From IMG/VR virus record IMGVR_UViG_3300011335_000080, positions 1-27,908 of that record: 27,908 nucleotides of DNA; one strand, 5' to 3'. This document shows, piece by piece, positions 1 through 7,466 of this stretch. Source of the stretch: a virus. Taxonomy: Duplodnaviria > Caudoviricetes. Position numbers and translations under genes: made by a program. Each line of letters starts with the position of its first letter. Within the stretch, counting starts at the first letter, position 1. Under the pieces are notes generated by a model. That model was not told the DNA's origin. It made no database searches and saw only the letters and a program-made list of their open reading frames with translations.

Positions 1-332
1 GTCCAGTCAATCTGATTGAACGCATCGAGTTTGCCATACTTAGCATTCTTCATCTGGCCTAAGCCGTAATGAGATCCATTACGTGCATCAACTCTCCAGT
101 TGCTTTCCTTTGTGATGAGTTGATCTAGGCAAGTGAACTGCTCCATTGATACCAGCCGAGAGTGTGCGTATAGTTTGAGTAAATCAGTCTGCGATACTGC
201 TTTGGCTTCGATTGTTGTGGATATTGTTAAGATCAGAATTGACATAGGAAGAGCCAATAAGTTTTTATTATTTTTAATCTTTATATTTATTTTCTTTTTA
301 TTTATCTTTATTTTCAAGATATTATCTTTCAA
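1..332 (-). CDS. Secreted lytic transglycosylase (SLT/lysozyme-like), 3' truncated; start uncertain
   Basis: Manual translation ..LLALPMSILILTISTTIEAKA..CLDQLITKESNWRVDARNGSHYGLGQM..QIDW; homologous to 14340-14750; absent from ORF track. Confidence 0.75.
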   Translation of the reverse strand, partial: MKDNILKIKINKKKINIKIKNNKNLLALPMSILILTISTTIEAKAVSQTDLLKLYAHSRLVSMEQFTCLDQLITKESNWRVDARNGSHYGLGQMKNAKYGKLDAFNQIDW

Positions 333-408
333 GTATAGCGATGCACACTGACATTCTGTCAAGCATTGAGTGCGGTGTGTCTCATTGTCCACAGGCTTCT
401 GTGGATAA
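262..408. other. Putative replication origin, unit A
   Basis: TTGTCCACA 385-393 and inverted TGTGGATAA 400-408 beside an AT-rich tract at 262-330. Confidence 0.6.
332..381 (-). promoter_or_regulatory. Promoter GACAC-N9-AAT-N2-TTGACA-N19-TATACT
   Basis: Same elements and spacing at 14750-14799; TGACA-N3-TGTCA palindrome overlaps the -35. Confidence 0.55.
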
Positions 409-1023
409 CTATTTGATTGCATTGAGTATCTCCCTGCTTAATTCAATCGGAACCATTGAGCGTTGCTTAGAGCCTTTAATGCCTTGTGTGCCTGTCTTAG
501 ATCCTCTTGGAGCCGCTTCGTGGCACTTGTCCCCATTCTTGCAGTGTGGCCTGGCAGTCCAGCCATCAACCGCGCCCCAGAGGTCAGTCGGTTTCATACG
601 CGTTTCTCCATAAGTGCAATATGTGACTGTGCGTCTATCCATGAAATCCATCATCGATTGCTTTCTAAGCATTCCACGCGGATTCTCTATAATGAAGCCT
701 TTTGTTGGCTTTAGTTCACGAATGAGAGAGATTGTGTGCTCAATTATCTTTAAGCCGGCAATTGCTTTCTCATTCTTTGGCTCCCCATTAGGAGTCCAGT
801 ATGTGCTGCATGAGGCCACGCTGAAAGTTGTGCAAGGCGGCGAAGCCCACACGAAGTCCGGTTGGCCGTACTTAGTCACAAGATATTCGGCGCTGATGGA
901 CAAGATGTCTCTCTCATCGGCTGCAAATTGCTCATCAAGTTCAATCTTGACCACTGTGTGACCTGCATCGTGGAAAGCCCGTGTCGCTGATCCTGTACCA
1001 GCGAAGAAATCAAATATCAGCAA
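409..1023 (-). CDS. Compact orphan C5-cytosine DNA methyltransferase (TTG start inferred)
   Basis: Motif I DFFAGTGS, motif IV ASPPCTTFS, motif VI IIENP. Confidence 0.85.
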   Translation of the reverse strand: MLIFDFFAGTGSATRAFHDAGHTVVKIELDEQFAADERDILSISAEYLVTKYGQPDFVWASPPCTTFSVASCSTYWTPNGEPKNEKAIAGLKIIEHTISLIRELKPTKGFIIENPRGMLRKQSMMDFMDRRTVTYCTYGETRMKPTDLWGAVDGWTARPHCKNGDKCHEAAPRGSKTGTQGIKGSKQRSMVPIELSREILNAIK

Positions 1024-1195
1024 GGCCAGCCACCAGAGAATCATCGACCAATTTGACCGAGAATGCCCCACACCCAGAGCATTGAGCGAACCATTCGTGC
1101 TCAGTCAATTCGGCTCCTTTAGTGATGAGGTGTTCTCGACGCCCGTCGCCGTAGAGTTTCTTGCAAATTGAACAATCAAATCGCAGCAGTGGCAT
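1010..1195 (-). CDS. Small zinc-ribbon protein
   Basis: CSIC..CSGC; nearly identical to 14839-15018. Confidence 0.75.
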   Translation of the reverse strand: MPLLRFDCSICKKLYGDGRREHLITKGAELTEHEWFAQCSGCGAFSVKLVDDSLVAGLADI

Positions 1196-1670
1196 ATTCG
1201 CTCCTGGCTAGATTCTCAATTGGATTGAGATTGCCTTGATCTATCCACCAGGAATCCTGACGTGGATTCTTAAACCTCTTACGCTTAGCGAATGCCACTG
1301 GAAGCCAGCCGACGATGTAGTAAGTCGGAGACTTGCCCACGACTAGCACTGCCACATCATCATCTCGATCGTATGGATACACGATGAGATTGCCACCAGT
1401 GTATGACGTCCAACGAACCTCGATGCCCTGGCCTACATCTGCCCGTCTCTTGCCCTTGTTGTCGCTGATGTCGTAGTCAAGCCCGAAGTATCGTGCGACT
1501 AGTAATTCAGCAGCAAGAGATTCGGCATATTCAACACATCGTTCATGATTGTTAAGTTTTGAGTTGTATTGAATGCCGTGACCTAGTGAGCCAGATTGTG
1601 CAAATACGACATCACTGGCGCGTCGATGGATAGCCCATTCATCGGCCTCGCTGATTGTCATTTTCTGCAT
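1176..1670 (-). CDS. Hypothetical protein, possible PD-(D/E)xK nuclease-like fold
   Basis: E..ADVGQGIEVRWT pattern; conserved with 14999-15493; start MQKMT chosen by homology. Confidence 0.5.
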   Translation of the reverse strand: MQKMTISEADEWAIHRRASDVVFAQSGSLGHGIQYNSKLNNHERCVEYAESLAAELLVARYFGLDYDISDNKGKRRADVGQGIEVRWTSYTGGNLIVYPYDRDDDVAVLVVGKSPTYYIVGWLPVAFAKRKRFKNPRQDSWWIDQGNLNPIENLARSEYATAAI

Positions 1671-1852
1671 TGAGTGCAGAACCAAAGAACCGGCTCTCCT
1701 CCGACTGCACGCAAATAACCTGCACGATCTAGCATCTGAATACTGTTACAGTGATCGCAATTCTCGACTTTGTATTCGGCGACGATTTTGCCATCGACAA
1801 GAGTCCGACCAATCATCGTGTCCACATCAATCATTTCAGTCACGCGGCTCAT
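1658..1852 (-). CDS. Small zinc-ribbon protein
   Basis: CDHC..WFCTQC; homologue at 15481-15675. Confidence 0.7.
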   Translation of the reverse strand: MSRVTEMIDVDTMIGRTLVDGKIVAEYKVENCDHCNSIQMLDRAGYLRAVGGEPVLWFCTQCRK

Positions 1853-1932
1853 TTTGTAGCCATCACAATCAGAGCAAGAATGAGAATGCACTCGATAATC
1901 ACAAGAATTTTGATTAGACGATTCTTCATCAT
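1849..1932 (-). CDS. 27-aa single-pass membrane micro-protein
   Basis: MMKNRLIKILVIIECILILALIVMATK; ATGA overlaps with both neighbours. Confidence 0.65.
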   Translation of the reverse strand: MMKNRLIKILVIIECILILALIVMATK

Positions 1933-2594
1933 ACTTGTGGCCTCCACTGTCCATCAGATCCGAGCATGTACCAGGCCGGCGGACACTGCTTCGCCTTGAC
2001 CTTTTCAACGCACATATAACCGCCCCAGCCCTTGCCAGTCTTGGCTGATGTGCCTTCTTTCCAAATCATGTGACCATGAGCGCACATCGGAGCAGCAGCA
2101 ACTTGAACGCCGCCTAGAGTTTCTTTGATCGTGTCAATGGCAGTTCCCAGAGTTGGAATTCCGGCTTCTTCTGCCTCTTCGCGTGTCTTAAACGATGGGA
2201 CATCTCCATGCTTTGTGTTCCAGTAGTCATAGGCGACGGCTGAATCTTGAACAATCTTTGGATCGATTCGCTCTACTTGCTGCATATTCTGAACTGTTGG
2301 TCGTTTATCAGATCCAAGCACCAGGCCGACACATCTGCCAATTGCGCTTGTGACTGTATCCTCGACGAACCATTTTTTCATCTGGACGTTGTAGGTATTT
2401 ACGTTGCCGAATGCGTAATCAATGCCGGCTGGCTCTTGATCTTCGTAATGACGATAAACACGGCATTCAACTAGGACGTAGCCCTTTTCCAAGTTGATGT
2501 CCATGATTGAGGTGTGAATCTTGCCGTCTTTGTGGGTAGCCCAGAATCGCTGAATGCGTGCGGCAACATCTTCGTAATTTTCCAAGAAACTCAT
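1929..2594 (-). CDS. Putative Rad52/Sak-like ssDNA annealing protein with C-terminal zinc finger
   Basis: YEDVAARI..VEDTVTSAIGRC pattern; C-terminal CAHGHM..YMC..QC. Confidence 0.55.
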   Translation of the reverse strand: MSFLENYEDVAARIQRFWATHKDGKIHTSIMDINLEKGYVLVECRVYRHYEDQEPAGIDYAFGNVNTYNVQMKKWFVEDTVTSAIGRCVGLVLGSDKRPTVQNMQQVERIDPKIVQDSAVAYDYWNTKHGDVPSFKTREEAEEAGIPTLGTAIDTIKETLGGVQVAAAPMCAHGHMIWKEGTSAKTGKGWGGYMCVEKVKAKQCPPAWYMLGSDGQWRPQV

Positions 2595-2752
2595 TTAGCA
2601 ACCGCCTTAGATGAAATATGGCGAGTCACTGCTCGGCCTCGTTGATAGCCTTCTTTGTGACCTTCTTTGTAACCTACCGAATAACTGACAATCGCCCAGA
2701 AAATACAGGCGATAGCCATAAGGACAAATAGTCCGATTTCACTTGTTGTCAT
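2591..2752 (-). CDS. Small membrane protein, first gene of the putative early operon
   Basis: TM segment then GYKEGHKEGYQRG; GGGAGC SD before MTTSEIG; conserved in unit B. Confidence 0.75.
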   Translation of the reverse strand: MTTSEIGLFVLMAIACIFWAIVSYSVGYKEGHKEGYQRGRAVTRHISSKAVAK

Positions 2753-2755
2753 TTT

Positions 2756-2837
2756 GCTCCCGTGGGAGCCTTGTCGTTGCTCCCAAATAAAGAATGACAT
2801 CAACAACCGACATTGGCAAGATTCGCCTCGGCGTGTC
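2756..2837 (-). promoter_or_regulatory. Promoter GACAC-N9-AAT-N1-TTGCCA-N17-CATTCT with structured 5' leader
   Basis: Same layout at 16492-16574; leader GGGAGC..GCTCCC-AC-GGGAGC. Confidence 0.55.
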
Positions 2838-3034
2838 TATTTCTTAAGAGCAATTTCCAGCATCATTTGATCTAAGCGCTGCTCAATTCGATTGACTTGA
2901 TCCTTGAGACTGTTCCCACCATTCGGTTGAAACTCTCGCATGATCGACTTCACCATGAATCTCATTGACGAATAGATGGCAGTGAGCACCGCAAGGACAA
3001 GCCCACCCACCGCCGTCCATTCGCCGACACTCAC
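2837..3034 (-). CDS. Lysis-cassette membrane protein
   Basis: N-terminal TM, NGGNSLKDQVNRIE motif; follows the holin. Confidence 0.7.
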   Translation of the reverse strand: MSVGEWTAVGGLVLAVLTAIYSSMRFMVKSIMREFQPNGGNSLKDQVNRIEQRLDQMMLEIALKK

Positions 3035-3213
3035 TTCGTCTTACCGAATTGCGCGTCGTTAGGATTTAACCAGCGAAGAATCACTGGCAGAATTGAAGCG
3101 ATACCTGCCCCGGCAATCGCTTTCGGATCTGTCACACCGGCAAGATATACGGCGATGCAACTACTGAGGAAACTTCGTCCCCACGAAGCGCCCATAGCCT
3201 TGAGATCTTTCAT
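3031..3213 (-). CDS. Putative holin
   Basis: 60 aa, two hydrophobic segments, RWLNPND C-terminus, directly after endolysin. Confidence 0.7.
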   Translation of the reverse strand: MKDLKAMGASWGRSFLSSCIAVYLAGVTDPKAIAGAGIASILPVILRWLNPNDAQFGKTK

Positions 3214-3734
3214 TTCTTTTTCTCCTTTGGCTTTGCCTTTTGGATTGGCTCAACCAGTGGATATTCTCCATCATAAGCAACCAGGCGAGCGCGAGCGAAA
3301 CCCACAATCTCCTTGCCGATATAGCGCTGCTTAAGCATCACCATTCCGCCGTTGCGTTGATCTCCGTTTCCGGAGGTATTGCCTTCGATAGTTAGGACGC
3401 TCGACGCACCAACCTTGACGACAATTCCGATGTGACTGATGCGATCAATGCCATCATGTGGAAAGTCCATAAAGCAAAGATCTCCCAATTGTGGCTTTTC
3501 TTCAATCCAGCGACCAAGTTCTTTCATCTTGTGAGCACCGGCAGCCGTTGAAACCATTGATGGAATCTTGACTTTTGCCGCATCGAATACCCAATTGCAG
3601 AACGAACCGCACCAGGGCAGTCCGTCGGCCTTTGTGAATTTGCCGTACTTTGTCAGATTATCGCCAGTCTCAACTGTGCCAATTTCTGCTAGTGCGACTT
3701 CAATAATCCGAGCAGCAGTGCCTTCTGGATACAT
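3210..3734 (-). CDS. CHAP-domain endolysin
   Basis: PWCGSF, SHIGIV, IEGNTS motifs. Confidence 0.88.
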   Translation of the reverse strand: MYPEGTAARIIEVALAEIGTVETGDNLTKYGKFTKADGLPWCGSFCNWVFDAAKVKIPSMVSTAAGAHKMKELGRWIEEKPQLGDLCFMDFPHDGIDRISHIGIVVKVGASSVLTIEGNTSGNGDQRNGGMVMLKQRYIGKEIVGFARARLVAYDGEYPLVEPIQKAKPKEKKK

Positions 3735-3988
3735 TAAAGTCCAAGAGCCTTCAGATCATCAGCAGTTAAACCAAGCGCAGCCAATTTGGCTTGTGCAGTT
3801 GCTTTGTCTGTCTCTGCTTTTGCATCTTGTTGCGCTTTCCAAGCATCATATTGAGCAACGCCAGCCGTGAATTGTGCCTTAGTAATTGGCTTACATTCCA
3901 GGAATTGGATACCTTCGTAATCATCTCCAGAAATATACCAACCACCTTCTGGCAATAAATAATTAAGAACTTCATAACCTTTCGCCAT
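3734..3988 (-). CDS. Tail-fibre-associated small protein
   Basis: TAATG-coupled to fibre gene; C-terminal AKLAALGLTADDLKALGL. Confidence 0.65.
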   Translation of the reverse strand: MAKGYEVLNYLLPEGGWYISGDDYEGIQFLECKPITKAQFTAGVAQYDAWKAQQDAKAETDKATAQAKLAALGLTADDLKALGL

Positions 3989-4824
3989 TATGCACCTATT
4001 TCCATGAGAATGATTGTGGACAATTCGCTTGCTTCTTGGCATGAAATTAAAGAGGCTGCCACTCTGTTCTTAAATTGTGTTTTGTACGTTGTTGCTGATG
4101 TTGTTGCTGGTGAATCTAGATAATTGATGTTAAAGGTGAAATCGCCATTTCTGATTGCTGTATCTGTTGCCATTCCTTCATTGGATATTTGAGCAATTGA
4201 TGATCCGCCGCGTTGTAATTGTAAAAGCAGAGCATTCCCAGAATTTCCGTTTGTGCGATTTGTACCGCAATTAGAAACCAGAACTAGAACTTTTGATGTT
4301 GCAGAACTTGGCGTGATTGTTGCAGTTAAATTAGTGTCCGCGTAAGTAGTCGTGCTATTAGTTGCTCGCGTTGTTGTTGTTCCCATGACTACTTGTAAGA
4401 CTTTTCCGCCTCCTGCTGGAGCAGCCCATACCGGCGCACCTCCTGAAACTGTCAAGACTTGTCCAGTTGAGCCAATACCTAGACGATCAAAAGTGCCTGA
4501 ACCTGTGCCTTTAATCAAATCGCCGGCCGTTGTGATTGTCGTTGCCATTGAATTAGTGATGGTCACTGCTCCAGAAGTGCCACCGCCTGAGATTCCAGTG
4601 CCAGCAGTGACGGCAGTGATGTCACCGACGTCATTAGTGATCCAAGTAAAAGCCATATCGGTCGCGCTTGTCTTAGACAAGATTTGACCAGTTGTGCCGC
4701 CTTTAAGTTGAGCCATTGATGTATCGACGGCCTGGCCGAATGTGTTGAAATCAGCCGGAAGATTCGTGACGAGACTTGTACTCGTCGGCATCACCCAGCC
4801 GAAGTTTGTTGTTGGATTTGCCAT
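3988..4824 (-). CDS. Tail fibre / receptor-binding protein
   Basis: G/T-rich repeats (GDLIKG..RLGIGSTGQVLTV..W); last tail gene. Confidence 0.75.
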   Translation of the reverse strand: MANPTTNFGWVMPTSTSLVTNLPADFNTFGQAVDTSMAQLKGGTTGQILSKTSATDMAFTWITNDVGDITAVTAGTGISGGGTSGAVTITNSMATTITTAGDLIKGTGSGTFDRLGIGSTGQVLTVSGGAPVWAAPAGGGKVLQVVMGTTTTRATNSTTTYADTNLTATITPSSATSKVLVLVSNCGTNRTNGNSGNALLLQLQRGGSSIAQISNEGMATDTAIRNGDFTFNINYLDSPATTSATTYKTQFKNRVAASLISCQEASELSTIILMEIGA

Positions 4825-4833
4825 TGTTTCTCC

Positions 4834-6075
4834 TTAGTTCACGACTAGCGCGTCCGCGTAGTCAAGGGTAGGGCTAAGCGTGTTGAAAGTTTCTGCGACA
4901 CTCACATCTTGCCACTCCATCGCCTGGAGTGAGAATGCTAATGGCGAAACAAGAAGAGTCACTGCGAGTTCGTTATAGGAAGCCTGGAATCGCCAGCCCT
5001 CGACAAAGCCCAAGAAGTTTCCGGATTGCATATTGACGGGCAAGTCCGAAAGCGAAATTGGCTGACCCATGAACACATTGATAAGAGCGTCACGATCTAA
5101 GTCATCAAGTTCTGGATTAGTCAATGCGAAAGTGATTGATTCTAAGAATCCTTGAGGTTGGGCTCGCAGCGTCAAATAGAAGTCGGCTTGATCTTGGGCA
5201 TCAACGGCGTGATTGAGCGAGGTCGTGATTTGCTGAGCGAGTTTTCCATAGAGTGCAATCGAATCCGCATTAGTGGCCGTCTCTGTTCCAGATTTCCATA
5301 CGATGGAGACATCGTTGCGAATATCTCCGGCCTTAGTCTGAATCTTAATTCCACGCGCTAAAGCCTGATTAGCCGTGAGTTCTGTGTATCCGTTAATGGC
5401 AAGGTAAGTCGAACGATGTGTGGAATCGGCATAAGAAATCTGACCTTGAGCATTTTCGTAAATATAACCAAGTCCAGAAGTTGCAAGGTCAGCCACAAGA
5501 TTCCAGACGACTGTCTGATTCGCTCCACGATTTGCAAGTTCGTAATTGCCTGGACGATCTATCTCACCGAGCCCTGTATTTTCTGCATCAGCCCACGTCT
5601 GCGTCGCTGGCGTATAAGTCGCCCACGTAAGAGCGGCTGGTACTTCGCCCCAGTTATTTACCAGTAAATCCTGGAGAATTGTGTAAATCTGGTCACCATC
5701 GAAATCAACCGAAAGCACGCCTTCAGTTAATGCCTTCTGAAGCCTTGCTAGGGCTCCTAGAGCCGTGATTGTTATCTCTTGAGTGATTGCCACTGAACCG
5801 GCTTGCGAGACAACCACTGAGACGTCCACGACGGAACCGCCAAAGATTGGAACGAAAGTGCCAGAAGTGTCCTTAACCTCGATTGTGACGGAGTCATTGA
5901 TTTCGGTTGTGATGGCTGCAAGATTGAGATTGATGAGATTGATTGTGCAATAACCGGCTTGAGCCTGTGTGTAGATATTTGTGCGTCCTGACGAAATTGA
6001 AAGATTAGCAAGAATGACGTCGGTGTACTCAACCGCGTTGATTAACACGCGCCAGATTGGAGCCCACTGTGTCAT
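4834..6075 (-). CDS. Minor tail / baseplate hub protein
   Basis: 413 aa directly after tape measure; homologue 18592-19839. Confidence 0.7.
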   Translation of the reverse strand: MTQWAPIWRVLINAVEYTDVILANLSISSGRTNIYTQAQAGYCTINLINLNLAAITTEINDSVTIEVKDTSGTFVPIFGGSVVDVSVVVSQAGSVAITQEITITALGALARLQKALTEGVLSVDFDGDQIYTILQDLLVNNWGEVPAALTWATYTPATQTWADAENTGLGEIDRPGNYELANRGANQTVVWNLVADLATSGLGYIYENAQGQISYADSTHRSTYLAINGYTELTANQALARGIKIQTKAGDIRNDVSIVWKSGTETATNADSIALYGKLAQQITTSLNHAVDAQDQADFYLTLRAQPQGFLESITFALTNPELDDLDRDALINVFMGQPISLSDLPVNMQSGNFLGFVEGWRFQASYNELAVTLLVSPLAFSLQAMEWQDVSVAETFNTLSPTLDYADALVVN

Positions 6076-7466
6076 TAGATAGCCTGAAGTGCGCCGGCTC
6101 CGCCAGTGCCTCGAAAGAATGAATCATTAAGAGTGTTGATGATTGTCCGAGCCGTACCTTCAGAATCAATGGCTCCATTAACTGTGAGGTTGATTGTGGG
6201 AGACGCAGCCGATTGAGCACTTATACGAGCCGCATTCTGTGAATCTGTAAATCCACCTCCGGCGACGCTAGCGATTGCCGCACCTGAAACCGCAGAAGAT
6301 ACTCCGCCCGTGGAAGTTGTAGATCCTGTTCCGGTTGAAGTGGTAACTGTTGGAACGGAAATTGTTGGCACTGTTAATGATGGCGTTGCAGTCTTTGGAA
6401 TAGTTACGTTCGGAACGCTAATTGATGGAGCCGAAATTTGTGAAACGTTAGGCAAGAATGGAATTGAGTTGTAAACACGAATGAGAGCGTTAATGCCTGA
6501 TACTGCTCCAGAAATCAATGAGTTCAATCCACCAATAACCGCTCCGATGACGTTGATGATTCCGCCAGCAATTTCTCCAACAACCTTGAAGGCTCCGCCT
6601 AAGACTGTGACTAAAACCGGCACAACGTATTTCTGAATAAATCCGATAAATTCTGTGAAGGCTTCTTTGTTGTTATCAATTGCGTCAGTGATTGGCTTGA
6701 AGAAGTCTGCGAACTGACCAAGAGCCGGAACGACCTTGCTCACGATAAAATCAACAAGTTGCTGAATAATTGGAAGCAATTTATATCCGATAGTTTCTTT
6801 TGCTTCATCGAATGTGACTTTCAAGCGATCTAAACGGCCTTGATATGTCTCTGCATTTGCGGCGGCAGCGCCACCAAATAAATCTGTTAGTTTCTTCTGG
6901 ACGTCAGTGAATGACATTGTTTTAAGTTCAGCAGAAGATAATCCGATGCCTAACTTTCCAAGAGCGGCAGTATTGCCATCGTATGCCTTACCGATTGCGT
7001 TCGCCACTGCCTCGAGCGGCTTGCCTGTTGATGTAGAGACATCAAGCGCAACGGAAAGAAGATCCTGCGCCTTGCTTAAATCTCCAGTCGAGAGCGCGAT
7101 GCGCTGCAAGGCCGGACGAAGTTTGTCATCGCTGACGCCGGTTGCCAAAGACATCTTAAGAATCTGATCTTCTGTGGCTTTAATTTGTGCTTCAGTTGCT
7201 CCTGTTGCAGATTTTAGAGCGTTAGCAAGTTTTACCTGTGCCGCTTCATCTTCAATCGCCGCCTTGACGCCATCGACTCCGATTTTGATTGCATAAGCAG
7301 CAGCAGCAGCGCCAGCAGCCGCGAAGGCCATGCCGGCTTTCTTGCTAAATTCACCCATCTTGGAAGAAGAGTCATCAACGTCTCCATTGGCTTGAGCCAG
7401 CGATTTCTTGAGTTGATCTACATCAGCCAGAATCGAGAGTTTAAGTGTGCGCGATTGTCCGGCCAT
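6075..7466 (-). CDS. Tape measure protein (short)
   Basis: Ala/Gly-rich helical sequence with aromatic periodicity; position in tail module. Confidence 0.85.
   Translation of the reverse strand: MAGQSRTLKLSILADVDQLKKSLAQANGDVDDSSSKMGEFSKKAGMAFAAAGAAAAAYAIKIGVDGVKAAIEDEAAQVKLANALKSATGATEAQIKATEDQILKMSLATGVSDDKLRPALQRIALSTGDLSKAQDLLSVALDVSTSTGKPLEAVANAIGKAYDGNTAALGKLGIGLSSAELKTMSFTDVQKKLTDLFGGAAAANAETYQGRLDRLKVTFDEAKETIGYKLLPIIQQLVDFIVSKVVPALGQFADFFKPITDAIDNNKEAFTEFIGFIQKYVVPVLVTVLGGAFKVVGEIAGGIINVIGAVIGGLNSLISGAVSGINALIRVYNSIPFLPNVSQISAPSISVPNVTIPKTATPSLTVPTISVPTVTTSTGTGSTTSTGGVSSAVSGAAIASVAGGGFTDSQNAARISAQSAASPTINLTVNGAIDSEGTARTIINTLNDSFFRGTGGAGALQAI

Noticed and set aside
133-351. Plus-strand Phe/Ile-rich ORF that looks like a membrane protein
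   Set aside because: It is the antisense reading of the AT-rich tract and SLT gene.
409-1670. Restriction-modification pair (MTase plus nuclease-like ORF)
   Set aside because: Unit B has the nuclease-like gene without the MTase.
3988-4824. Diversity-generating retroelement or invertase switch at the fibre
   Set aside because: No reverse transcriptase, template repeat, invertase or inverted cassette.
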